Part shown: positions 48,802 to 63,100 of the stretch, one piece after another
How the letters are laid out: every line of letters begins with the position of its first letter
How positions within the stretch are numbered: the stretch's first letter is position 1
Position numbers and translations under genes: made by a program
NCBI GenBank assembly: GCA_907165135.1
Contig: OU015569.1
Location: 7,254,001 to 7,318,000 of the forward strand
From: Oikopleura dioica
Taxonomy: Eukaryota; Animalia; Chordata
DNA: 64,000 bases
Direction: 5' to 3'
The notes under the pieces: generated by a model
Database searches by the model: none
Seen by the model: the letters and a program-made list of their open reading frames with translations, nothing else
Told to the model about the DNA's origin: nothing

Positions 48802-51800
48802 CTACAGAATTCGTGAAACGAGACTATCCCGCAGAGGTAGTAGATCAGAAACAGGTTTTCCAGGAGAATCCAGCATAGCTTGCCACAATTTGACTTCACT
48901 ATCCTGGCCATCCATCCAGTCGCATTCTTGACCCTTTTTAAGTTTTCCATCAATACGTAATAATTTAAACCTCAGGCTTAGAGATTACATAAAATATAAC
49001 TTTTCCTGATAATGCCCAGTGCCGAGATTACACCTAACTCCACCGAGAAAATAGCTTCCTTGATTTTTTCGTAGTCCCAAACAGAAATTTCCAGAGAGCA
49101 ATCGGCTAGAATCTCTTTCGTCATCCCCTACAATTTATTATTCTTATCGTATATAATGGGAAATCGCTTACTCTAAATTGAAACGTCGAGTTGAACTCGG
49201 GGCAGAGATCCGTGGGATCTGAAGGAACAGTCTTCTTCTTCGTCCATTTGAAAGGATACAAGTGTATTTTGAGAAACGGACGAACTCGAGCACCGCTAGA
49301 CGAGCTAAAAGGTGGATCAATTGCATTATGCACACAATATTGTATTTTAAACAAACCTGTTTGGCGAGGGAATTAAATTGTTGGCAAGAAGCACGCAGAG
49401 GCGGAAAACGCCGTCTAAATTTAATAATTTTTGATATTCCGAGAAGATACTTACTTTCTGATCGATGAGGGAAGGAAGAATGAGCGTTACATGGTTTTGA
49501 ATGGGCATCGGTTGAAGCTGGTGCATTAGGCTTTTCTGGGAAAGTCGTTTGACTGATAAAAACTTTTGCAAGATTAACGGCCCATTCAAAAATGAATGAA
49601 CTAGTTTTCCCCTTTCCAAATAGGTGAGTTCAATTGAAAGGTCGCCTTTGTAAGGAGCAAGGTAGGAAGAAAGGTTTACTCTTGGGCGGAGGCGACCAAT
49701 GCGTTCTATACCGTCTAGCTTCGAGAAATCGAATGAACTAAGCGGCACGGTCATCTGGCCCATAAAGTTTGACTTCACGAAAGTTGATTTTCCTGATAAA
49801 CAAAGCTCCACTGACGATGTTGTAAGTTGACTCGGCTTGAGTGGAAACTAAACAGTGCTTCTATAAATTATAAAAATAGAATAATTCTCTTATTTTCAGA
49901 AATCTGTCCTCTAATGACTATCTTGAAGTAATCGAGTAGAAGCGCTTTTCCTTGAAACTTTCAGAAAAGGAGATGACAGGCGAATATGGCCTATGGCGAG
50001 TTTTTTTCTTCGTCGATCTGAATTAAAAGGTTTTTCACTATCCTTTCTATCCTCAGGAAATTAATTTCTCGGGCGGCGCCGTGCTAACCACTGTGGCCAT
50101 TCCATTTTATACAGTGGTCATTCCAAAAGGCGCTTTTATGCAATTTTGCAGAGATTTAAGACTCCTGTATAAATGTGATCAAGGATCTCCTGAATACGTT
50201 ATACTAATACTAAACTTATCGAACAATTTTCAAACTTTAGAATACTTTTAATCCCAATTTGTCAAATCGATCAAATATCACAAACAAGTGATTACTAAAA
50301 ACACATTTTTACCTGTCGGGAAGGAGAAATACTTTCACTTGAAAGTCCATTCGCCGTCGTTTGTCGGTAAAATCCAATTCGAATACGCGGCCAATAAAGA
50401 CGGATAGCTCCTTAACCAAGTGACTGACACATTTAGAGCTATTGATGGACATTTGGTGGTTTCATGAACCACCGTCTTAGACTTTCCTATCAGAGCTCTT
50501 TTGACAGTAATGAATTTTCGTCAGAAAAAACTTGCTTGAAAAAGTCACTTCTGTTGTTAGAAGCTCTTTCATATTATTATAATGATGTTGCGACCAAATT
50601 ACCTCGCTGTTGTAACTCAAGGAGTACGAGATTTCGCCTTGAACTTCCGATGGCAAATAGAGGGAGTCAAGTTGCTCATCTTCGTGATCGTCGAGGAAGT
50701 CTTGGTTGATAATTGTTGAGTTGGGCGAGTGCCGAGGCTCACAAGGCGAAAGGGATGGAGTCGCAATTTCTAACTCAGATTTATAAAGCATTGGATTTTC
50801 AACGACATCTTCCATTTCAATGTCATTGATAGGCCCGTTTCCTTCCATGCTTTCGTTCAAGCTCTATTAATTAAAAATCAATTTAATGAAAGATCATAAA
50901 CCTGCGAATGAAACTCGAATTGTCGGCGCAGATTTATGATATCTTGATAAGTATAGCCGCGTTCGTATGGATTTTCCAAGATATCCATATTGAGAGGAAC
51001 TCCTTGAGGAGTGAAAGCACCATGTGAGCTATTTATGGACTCGTTTATGCTCTTGACTGATCTTTGAGTAACAAGTCGGCGAGCTCCAGGAACTGGCAAC
51101 GTTGAAGCCATCGCGTTAGCCATTTTCACTTGGTCATGTTTGACTGCATTTTTGACCAATTCAAACATTTTTGCACCCTAGAATTAATCCATAAGAATTT
51201 CTTAATTTTGATCAGCTAATACTTGGGTGACAGAGCGATACGGAGCATAGTTCGGTCGCATTGACGATTGTCGAGAGCCATTGTCACTACCAGGTGTCGT
51301 TAATGATTTTTGTGCTGCATTCTTCCATGCTGTTGAACTTGCACGTGATCTTCTACGCGTTAAATTTCCATTTTTGTCATCGAGACTTACCTTGAAGACG
51401 TGTCATCCATTAATGAAGATGTTTGGGAGATATCATCATGAATTCCATCGGCCATTCTTTCAGCTGAACTTATCGACGGCTCTGGTGTCAAGTTTATTGA
51501 GTTGTCTTCCTTGTTATCGCAGGACGTTGATGAGCGTTTATTCATCGGCCCAACTTCATCCAATACCAGCTGCATCGCCGAAGAAGCTGAGGATGATTTG
51601 GGCATTGTTTGAGCCTAAAAAAGACAATAATCGAGTTTGAAAGCGATTGTTACCGTCCCTTTTTGAACCATTCACCTGAAGTCATCTTTATTTTTGCCTG
51701 CGCTGCACAGGATCTACAACGCCACGAGTTTCCTGAAGTAGCACTGCTTCTTCCAGAAGTAACTATATCAACGCGGCAAACGTGACTGAAGATGATATGA

Positions 51801-52819
51801 TCGTTTATTTAGAGTATTACTGTATTAAAAAGAACAAAAATTAATTCTAGAGGATTCACGTCGTGATAGAAGTGCGAATTTAAAATTAATGCTCACGGAG
51901 AGATAGATTCGAATATCTTTTCCAATAGAATGCTTAATTAATCTTACCATGCAAGTTTGCTGCATTCAGAACACTTATTTAGCTCGGCAACAAGCGGAAC
52001 TGTCATTGAGAAGGGAAGAGTGCCGCCACAAGATGCACACACGTTTCCTCGGTCGGGCGCGAAACGTGAGCTGGCTACAGAGCGTTCCTTCAAATTTCTA
52101 ATTAGCATAACGGAACTGTTTTTATAGGCTTTATTACTGAATGCGCGCTGTCTCGGTGCTTTTTAGTTCCTCGTTTCTCGCTAGCACATTCAATATTGCT
52201 TCCCGTTCTGCTTTGGTCATCGCTTTAAATGAATTCAGTGCGCATAGTAAGATTTTTGCTAAAAAATTCGATTTCCCGCAAGAATCGTCATGAAGATAAT
52301 ATTATCGCGACGAATAATAAGAATCCATTCCTATTTGATTGTTATCATTCAGAGAAGTAGAAGATGAGTTCTCGGATTTTTTACTCTTTGAACTTGACCT
52401 CCCTGCACGCCTTGGAGGTGGCAACGGAGGAAGATTCCCCTCCATTTTCTTGTTTCGGGCGTTCTCTTCCAGGTATTTCTCCGTTTTCGGTTTCAGGGAA
52501 TAAATGGTCTCTCCCTAACTAGTCCCTTTTTCGTTCTTTAGTTGTAGCTTCTACGGCAACGCAGCAACAGTGTGTCCTGTGAGTGAATAATTCATCCCTT
52601 CTCTCTACGATCTTCAATTCAACTCGCCAAGTTCTTGTCCTCTTCTGTCAAAAATAGAATGCAATTGCGAAATATTTTCAAATTCCTAATCTCATTTTCT
52701 CCCCCTGACTCGTTCTTCGGGGCTATTGATCGGTTCTCCTCAATTTTTAAATAAGGCCTATATACACTGACAATCCAGATATCTTTGCCGTCATTCTTCA
52801 ATTCACAGTATTCCTGCAT
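48802..52819 (-). CDS. SYTL4: Synaptotagmin-like protein (Slp4/5 type: SHD, Zn finger, C2A, C2B)
   Basis: MTKAEREAILNVLARNEELK; CASC...CSEC...WRCRSC...SGEWF; C2A ...QVKVFLLPD; C2B ...LWQAMLDSPG. The paralog assignment (SYTL4 vs SYTL5) and the 5' end are tentative. Confidence 0.8.
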
Positions 52820-53061
52820 TAATTAACTGCGTTTGAGGAGCAATCGGCTCTGATTGAGTAGCTTTGCCTCTACTCAAGTCGATGCATTTTGGAAATAAAT
52901 GTTTATTTATTGCGCCACAACTATTGTGGATTAAATAAGTGAAGGAATAAGAAGGGCTCTAGAAATAAAAGATACAGAAAATTGAAATTGAATTGATACA
53001 TGAGAGCAGAAAGCGGCTGAACTAGAGTTCTATTCAGATAGACGGCAGGTTTATCATTTTT

Positions 53062-54516
53062 CTAGGTCGCATAAATAACATCATCGGAGTCCGAGTCGCT
53101 ATCCAGTAATGCGGTGCTTTGTTCCATTTCTACTTGCGCCGGGCTTGGAGCTTTCATTACAAGGGCCTTGTTTTCGCGCCATTTGAAGTATGCATGTGCT
53201 TAACAAAAGCGTAAGATCAGCAATTTAGAAAGATCCAACTAGATCAAGCTAAACCTATTTGAGCGTAGGAAATGTTGCGATCTCCCGCGTGCATATTATA
53301 TGATGGCTCTTGGTGAATTAATGGCCATGGGTTGAATATTGAGTCAATTATAAAACATAAAAAATTCAAAAGGCTAGTTTACCTTTGATTCCAATGACGC
53401 AGATACAGAACCCGACCCAGTTAATAAAAACCAACTGATCACCATCTTTTAGTGCAAAAAGCATCGTAGCAAGCTCCTTTACAATGCCGCTCAATGAAAA
53501 AGTCAGGCTAAACAGCTTTTTAGCTACAGTTTTCTAGCAAGAAGCATACCCGGACGTTCTGCCCACTAAAAGATACTCGCTGAGACCAAGAAAGAAAGCT
53601 AAAAATGCGCCAGCTAATAAACGCGCTGTATCCGGCATCCAGATGTGCCACGAATTTGCACCAAAGAGTTTTGAAGTCGTAAGAAATGGGAGCACGCCGT
53701 GAATGAAGAGGATGGGTGCCATTGCAACGGCCATTACAGGTTGTAAGTGGAACAATGCGTCGATAGGATTGTTGAGTCCTAACTCGGCTTTCTGCGTTAG
53801 AACTTGCGATAGCGTCCACCTTGCTCCGGAGAGCGCGGACGCGGTTAGCGCCAGGCAAAAGCCAAACAGATGGAAGTCCGTCATTTTGAACACTGAAAAA
53901 GTTTGCTTCATAACAGTTGTAATCGCGCAAATCATACCGAATAAAAACAAACCCAAGGCAATGAGGGAAATGACGATTATTAGACTATTCCTCCACTTCT
54001 CCAGTCCCAAACCGAGAGCGAAGGCTAGAATGAAAAGAACCGAGGTGGACTTGATCATCGTATATAAAGAAACGGTTATGTAAACCATTGACCAATTCGA
54101 GAGAGCGATGTCCATAGCAGACGCGATTCCAATCGGCACAACGCTTTTCATATATTGACGCTAAAATCACTTTTTAAAACACCGGTGATGCTTTAATTAC
54201 CCATGAAAGGATGACGGACTGCTTGCCCGTGACTATTTGACGTCCCTTTCGACAAAAACCGCAGAGGACGAATATCACCATGAAATGGATGGTCGTTGTC
54301 GCTAGCGGAATGTCCCATTCCCGGAAAAGATGGTTGTTATAGAACGTCAACCCGATCGAGCAAGACTTAATTAGAGAGTAAATATTCACGATCTTATTGT
54401 TAATGAAAAAATAAGTGTTCAGGCTATACTCGAGCAGAGCCAGACATTGGCGGACTTACCCAGTAAGAAAGAACGAGCAATATACATTGAATATAGAATA
54501 GAAACTGGTTCGCCAT
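53062..54516 (-). CDS. SLC35C2: Nucleotide-sugar transporter-like SLC35C2
   Basis: SIGLTFYN, DIALSNWS...ITVSLYTMIKST, ARWTLSQVLTQKAELGLNNPID...HLQP. Confidence 0.95.
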
Positions 54517-54717
54517 TTAGGCAAAGCTCGCGAGTTGGCAGACCGGTGGGATTCTATCCAGCACGAACCCGATTTTGATTCCGACACATCTAAAGGTTTG
54601 AGTTAAGAATCTGCTCTATGTAGAAAAATATAGATCAATTATAAGAGAAAATATATGAAATGTAGGAAAGCATTTGAATGAGTGAAAAAATAGAGCAGTA
54701 ATAGAAGTAAAGAACTT

Positions 54718-56310
54718 TTAGGCGGAGTCCAGCAGTCGATTTACATCGATGAACGAAAGCATAGCGCTGGAATCTGAAAAAAAAGAAAAAATAAGCATTC
54801 GTGTCGATCTTAATTGGCGTGAAAAGGGCAAAAATAAGTGGGTAAATGTTCTACTGAAATCCGTACCTGAGTGGGCTTGCCAGAGTTCTTCGAGCTTGGA
54901 AACGTCTACTTCAACACCAATTGCTTTGTAGAGGTTCAGTATGTCGGTCATTGTTCGCGGCTCATAAAGGTCACTTGTAAACACTCCATGAGCTTCCATG
55001 ATGGAGGGATTGGTAAGGACACCTGCGTTTCCCTCGTCACCATAATTCTTTTTATCCGCTACTCGTCTAATTCGAGGTGGCGGCAAATCACTTCGTAGAG
55101 ATGGTACACCGTACCGATTCCAATCCTATTCGAAACTAATCATTAAAAAAATTTCGATATCATACTCGAGTAGAAGTAGAATTCAATTCCTCATCTATGG
55201 CGTCCGACATCTTGGACAGATTTCGTCTAGCTGTGCTGACTTCATCAACTGCTTTTTCAGTGAAGTTCTCTGGCAGATGGAAAGGGGAGCGCCAGTCCAA
55301 AGCACTCAAGAAGCTCTTTGTGTCCACTAAAACACATTAATAAAGAAATCGCTTTTATTTTACAAAGTTATACACACCTTGGCCCGTTTCGTCGGTAAAG
55401 AAAACTAGAATAGTGGCGAGCTGATCGTCGCTGATTGGGAAGTAGCATTTCTGCAGGTTATGAAGCACTTTTGATGGGCTCGCGTCAAATTTATCATCTG
55501 AGATTGTTTTTTGAAGATATTCGAATTTGCAATAGTTTGCTTTAAAGATAAGTCAGTCGCTAGGAAAGATGTCGCTCAACTGTACCTTTCTGAAGACTCA
55601 GTCGGGCACTTTTCAATATCCCATTGATATTCTGGGTTGATGTTTTGAAAACATCGTACGATCCTTTATGAAGAAGATACGCTACATCGTGATCGTCCGG
55701 AAGCTCTACGTATCCGAAACAATGATCCTCGGGCACTTTCATTGAGTCTTTGATTGGATCGAGAGGTACGCCGATGACGTCCTTCCTTCTCTCTTGAAAT
55801 CGCGCGACGCGTTCGTTATCCACAGATCTTTCAGGAATATTGAGAGACGCCTTTGTCTGAGAGCCACTAATGTCATGTTCCGTACGAGCACCGAACACAC
55901 TCTCGCGTGAAAAGTTTGCTGGATCATAGCCACGGTTCAGCTAAGAATTTATTATAAATTTGTTCGGCTAACCGAGAATCAAGCAACTTGTATATTAAAC
56001 AAGTCTAAATATTTATTAAAATCTAATGCTGAGAACTCCCGCCTTGAGAAGCTCACTGCTGTTTTACACTAACCCTTTCACTGACATCGTAATGATGATG
56101 ACTTCTAATGTACATTCGTCGTACATCCTCGGTCACGGGTGCTACTGGGATGTCCATGATGTTTTTGACAGACTCAGACGCTTTTGTCGCTATTCCAAAA
56201 GTTTTTGGCCTCAAAGAATGATCGATACTCGTGGACTTCCCTAGCGGCGCCTGCACAGCGTCATAGTCAGAATCTGGAATGCTCGAAGAGAGCACTGCCG
56301 CCATCTCCAT
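54718..56310 (-). CDS. EFHB: EF-hand domain family member B (CFAP21)-like
   Basis: YGVPSLRSDLPPPRIRRVADKKNYGDEGNA...GVF matches the EFHB C-terminal motif; TFGIAT in the N-terminal part. Confidence 0.8.
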
Positions 56311-56428
56311 TCTAAGCTCATAACATTTAAACACGCTTATTCCCAGACATATCTACGATGCTATAAAACTAACTAACTGCAATAAAGACACACAAACACT
56401 CATTTGGCTCAGCGGATTTTTATTTCAT

Positions 56429-57031
56429 TTAAGCCTTGAGAGCGAACTTTCGGACAGCGTAAAGTCGCTGCTTGTTCTGCTGCTTGGAGCTGAGGAGGGA
56501 CTCCTGGTGTTTGTTGAGTCGTCGTCGAAGGGCTCGGGTCTTCTTGGGTCGAAGATCAACTGGCTTGTACTTCTTACCCTAAATCAACGGTGAAAGCTGG
56601 GAAACATGAACGGGACGGCCGAGGATTGTCGGCATCACGCCTGACCCCCAGGGAGTGCCCTTGGCAACTCGTCGGGGGAATCCATCAAGGAATCGCGTCC
56701 CGTTAACCCGAGCGACCATTCACTGATAATCGACAATTATTGAAAACTGTTCAAAGGCTCTGTTCATATTATCATGAGCGATGGCGCAGGTTGGGATAAA
56801 TGGTACCTGGTAGAGCTTTCGGATCTCAGCCTTCTGGGTCTGGTTGATGACGTTCAAGGTTTGGGCGATGCTCTTTCGAACGACTCGGATCTTGGCGAGC
56901 TTGGAAGCAGCGCCAGAGCCGGAGACCTTTGCGACTCGGAGGGAGTTGAGCTCCTGCTTAGCCTCGTTCAATCGGGCGGTGAGTTCAGTCTTGGACTTTC
57001 CTCGGAGATCAGAAGCCTTGACCTTGGTCAT
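56429..57031 (-). CDS. RPL35: 60S ribosomal protein L35 (uL29)
   Basis: [16 protein letters not shown]; [20 protein letters not shown]. One intron at 56579-56806. Confidence 0.98.
56609..56704 (-). ncRNA. Candidate structured intronic RNA in RPL35 (multibranch fold)
   Basis: Perfect 9-bp closing stem AACGGGACG/CGTCCCGTT enclosing three hairpins; a GC-rich island in AT-rich intron context. No clear C/D or H/ACA boxes. Confidence 0.45.
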
Positions 57032-57223
57032 TTCGTCCGTTCAATCTAAACAGCGGAATCGTAAGCGGATTGACGTAGAAGTGACGGAAAATGAGGAGTC
57101 GCAACAGAGCGACATGTCGGTAGCACGGCTAGGGTTCAGATATAGGTCGACCCTATGTCCAAGGACTCATCTTCCCAGCCTCACCCCCAGCCGTGCTACC
57201 GGCGAAAAATTTATAGACTGAGT

Positions 57224-57888
57224 TTATTCAGCAGCGTTCTTGTTAATGGCGCCAGCGACTCGGTCCATGTCTCGTCGACCAACTCGGGTGATGACTCGTC
57301 CGCGGAAGTTGGACTTCTCGAGGATCTTGCAGGCTTCGAGGGCCTGGAGAGCCTTTCGGATGAGGTTTCCGTTGGCGACGTGGAAGTGGTTGGGGGCAAC
57401 ACCTCGGTGTCGGGAGCCACCGTACACCTTTCGGAAGGCACCAACACCAGCGTTTCCGCGCATGTACAAGTGTCGGGCGAGAGAGGCGCATCGTACGTAG
57501 AACCTGAACATTCCTAGTTAACACTTGCTTTAACAAACTGGTCTAAATTAAGTTCACTTTAGGATCTGTGCTCAGGTGCTAAAGACTAAAGGACTGATGG
57601 AATGCCCTTTAGATCGAGAAAATCAAGAGCGGATTTGGTTTCCGACTTTTGGAATCAGAAATGGGGAAAAAGCCCAAGACTGAATGAAATCCATCGGGTG
57701 ATGAAAAGGGAAGAAAGAATCAAATAGACTTACCAGTCGGGATCATATGGGGCCAACTCTCGGTGGGTGGCGGTCTTGACGATATCGGCCCACTCGGGAA
57801 CCTTGACCTTGCCAGAGTTCTTGAGGAATTCGGCGAAAGCCTTGACAAACTCCTGCTGGTCGACGTCCTTGACACAAACGGAAGGCAT
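57224..57888 (-). CDS. RPS19: 40S ribosomal protein S19 (eS19)
   Basis: [37 protein letters not shown]. Intron at 57504-57733. Confidence 0.98.
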
Positions 57889-58259
57889 TATTTGGACCGA
57901 ATTCAGATCTAAGAATTCGAAAAGTTAGATTTCGAACCAGTAGTAAAACCAGGGCTTGGAATTATGCGGATATAGACGAAATCATTAAAAATCGAATACT
58001 TGATAAACTGGGAAATAAATTACAATCGAATCTTGATAAAAGCTATAAGTGTACTGTATAATACATACATTTAGGTGATACTATCACTAATTCTAATTTT
58101 TTATCATTTATTCCATGAGTTCGGCTTATCTCTAGGGAAATTGATCACTCGATTACTTTCTGGGTCTGTGTAGTAGATGGCAGGAAAAGGTAAATTCTCT
58201 ACGAATTGCAGGACCGACTGGAGGAATTCAAGAAAAGTAAAATTTTGGCGATGAAAAAC

Positions 58260-58440
58260 TACGTTTAGTTTAATAGCACCCACGCTTTCGCGCTCGCGCC
58301 GAGCCTCACGTGGAGACTCGCCTCTGATTGGCCGATTGTGCTTCTCTCGGTGACGCTAAACACGGGCGAAACTGGGAGCCACTACGAGAGAAATTCCCGA
58401 ACGCACCTCACCCAATCCGCGCTCTCCTTTCTGGCCCATC
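58260..58440. promoter_or_regulatory. GC-rich bidirectional promoter between RPS19 (-) and NAT9 (+)
   Basis: Contains CACGTG, ATTGG, TGACG and CCAAT motifs in the ~600-bp gap between divergent ATGs. Confidence 0.55.
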
Positions 58441-58498
58441 TCTAATTCCTCCGTTTCTTTTTCCACAAGAAAAACAGAGACAAATTCTCCGAAGTTAG

Positions 58499-59531
<1,033 letters not shown>

Positions 59532-59777
59532 TGTCGAGTAAGTCTACGAACTTCGAAATCGGCTTAAACCACGGGAGTGGCTCAATTTTTCACTATCTGC
59601 TAACCACCTGCCAATACTTTCACATTCTCTCCACTTTCGAGAGACTATTTCGCGTCTCACAGAAGCGGCGTTTTTCTGCTGCTCAATTTGTCCCTGATAC
59701 AGGCCACTTATTCTTTTTTCGTCAATTTTTTCGGTAGTGACTGATGCGCTTCTAGACTGAAATTCGGATAAACCAAG

Positions 59778-60096
59778 ATGGCCAAGCGCACCAGAAAGGT
59801 CGGTATCACCGGTAAATACGGTACCCGCTACGGATCTTCCCTCCGAAAGATTGTCAAGAAGATGGAAGTCTCCCAGCACAAGAAATACCAGTCTCCCTTC
59901 TGTGGTGCCACTTCCCTCAAGCGAACCGGTAATTAACCTAAATAAGCGACTTTTAAATATTCTATTAGCTGTTGGCGTTTGGGTTTGCTCTCGAACCAAC
60001 AAGAAGATGGCCGGTGGAGCTTGGGAACCTCATACCCAGAACTTCCAGGTCGTCTCCATGGGTATCCGACGACTCCGAGAAGCCGTCGAGAGCTAA
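59778..60096 (+). CDS. RPL37A: 60S ribosomal protein L37a (eL43)
   Basis: [24 protein letters not shown] ... AVGVWVC ... AGGAW. Confidence 0.97.
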
Positions 60097-60237
60097 ATTG
60101 CTTGTCTTGTGAAAGTTGAACTGTCTGTCTCAATCAGAATGCCATCATTGAACACAGACTGACATTCCCTTGGCCGCAACTTCTGAACCCTTTTAACAGT
60201 TTCGCGCATTCAGACCGAATTCGGTAGATCATCAAAA

Positions 60238-61001
60238 ATGACCGCCATCACCGTGCGAACTCGAAAGTTCATGACCAACCGCCTTCTTAGCCGAAAGCAG
60301 ATGGTCGTTGACATCCTTCACCCGGATACTCCCACTCCCAAGAAGTCCGAGGTCCGAGAGGCTCTTGCCAAGCAGTACAAGGTATTCATCGCCCTTTAAC
60401 CAGTCAATAATTACGCAACCTCAGACTGCTGCCGACCACATCATTGTCTTCGGCTTCAAGACCCAGTTCGGTGGTGGAAAGACCTCTGGTTTCGCCCTCA
60501 TGTACGACTCTGTTGCGGATGCCAAACGAATTGAACCCCGATTCAGGGCCGTGGGAAATTTTTTGAAACCGTTAGGGTGGCCGCTCCTGCGCTTTTGTGA
60601 GATGTTCATAAAGTGTGTGAGTTCGCTCGGAGCTACTCTCCGATGCTTGGCCGAGGATAATTTGCTCTCTTTTGCGAAGGAGTGCAAAATTATACTTAAT
60701 TTTTGGGGGGTTTCGTAACTCGTTATGATTTTACTGCGCTCCCAGGCGCAGGTAAGTAACTTGTAAATTGGGGTCATGAGGCAGCTCGTGCGAACAAGGA
60801 CTTAATCTCTTCTGATCATAACTGAATGATAAAATCGCACGCTGTTCTCCACAGTGTTAACCCGCGTACAGACTCGTCCGACACGGTCTCGCTGAGAAGA
60901 TCGAGAAGAAATCCCGAAAGCAGCGAAAGGAACTCCGAAACCGAAAGAAGAAGGTCAAGGGTACCAAGAAGGCCGCTGTTGGTGCTGGCAAGAAGAAGTA
61001 A
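60238..61001 (+). CDS. RPS24: 40S ribosomal protein S24 (eS24)
   Basis: [23 protein letters not shown]; [16 protein letters not shown]; RLVRHGL...SRKQRKE. Confidence 0.98.
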
Positions 61002-61123
61002 ACAGCTTCAACCTGTGCCCACCAGCAAACTATCCCTTCCTGACCATAAATTACTTGGCGAGGATATGTTTCTCTAAACACGATATTTTTTCAGACCGAT
61101 AAACGGATTCCTAAACCGTCGCC

Positions 61124-62031
<908 letters not shown>

Positions 62032-62303
62032 GGCAGATGATCACTCCTCTGCTGAGATCGGTCTCCGGCTTCTTTTTACTGTTCTGAAGTGTCTTTGTAC
62101 CTTTTTGTGATAATAAATAGTTTGGTCGAGCCGATTATTCCTTCGTTGTTGTTTTTTCATGGCAGTATTAAAAATTCCGTAAATGCAACCTGAAGAAATT
62201 TTTGAATACGTATGGATGTGGATACATTTGATATAGAACATGGATCAGGATAATAAATTAGAAGGAGCCTAACAAGTATCAAATTAAGAAGAGTTTGATC
62301 TCG

Positions 62304-62780
62304 ATGTCGAACGTTGAACTCTGGGACATAAGGAATTTCGGTCAAGGACCTCAAGGAATGAACCTTGTGGAGATCTACACGCCCAATCTCAATGGATCAG
62401 GGCGTTGGAAGCGTTTCGACTACGAGATTGTCGAGGACATGCCACTCCCGGTTGTGTTCATGTCAATCCAAGAGCGTAACACATTCGTCCGGCTTCATCT
62501 AGAGGCCAGCCTTTTGCGATATGAGCATCCGGAAATTGACATTGATCAAATGCGCCAATTTTTCTCCAATTGCCCTCCACCGAAGAGAGTAGGAGCTGGA
62601 CGAAGGATGTATGTCTCTGTAAGCTCGGAGCTACTGCGAGTGATTTTCTCCCAAGAATTTGTAGAACAGAAGGAGCGCGAAATTCGAGAGGAGCGTGAGA
62701 GATTTCTTCATGAACTTGCAGAGGCAGGCGAAGAAATTGTGTTCAGTGACGGAGACGATTCCGGACACGAGGACTACTGA
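62304..62780 (+). CDS. Intronless ~158-aa protein, unknown
   Basis: Uninterrupted ORF with a natural composition and acidic tail, co-oriented between RPL18 and MED7. Confidence 0.6.
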   Translation: MSNVELWDIRNFGQGPQGMNLVEIYTPNLNGSGRWKRFDYEIVEDMPLPVVFMSIQERNTFVRLHLEASLLRYEHPEIDIDQMRQFFSNCPPPKRVGAGRRMYVSVSSELLRVIFSQEFVEQKEREIREERERFLHELAEAGEEIVFSDGDDSGHEDY

Positions 62781-63100
62781 GTATTACTTCTTGTGTTGAG
62801 CTTTCATGTAGCCAGAAGAACTTTCTACAAAAACTGCCGTGTTAATTTATTTTCAACAATTCCAAAAATTCGGAACACAACTTACAATTGTAAAATCTGT
62901 CAATAAGCATTCCCAATAGTGACTGTTCTCAACAGTCTGGTAGATTAGTTCGCTAAATCATCGCTTTTTGCAAATCTCTATATCTCTGGTACTGCTCAAG
63001 AGGTTCTCTTACAATCTATTCTATGGACTTACATGTAGCTTGTTTTAACACTGTCAATGAGATAGTTATAAGTCTCTTACACTTCTAATTAATTAAAGAA

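Noticed and set aside
50071-50100. TGGCCACAGTGGTTAGCAC (minus strand), resembling a tRNA/SINE A-box
   Set aside because: No B-box (GGTTCGA) or cloverleaf follows, and it lies within the SYTL gene.
56715-56790. C/D snoRNA-like segment in the RPL35 intron (ATGATAA ... GTGA)
   Set aside because: Both boxes are mismatched and no rRNA guide was identified.
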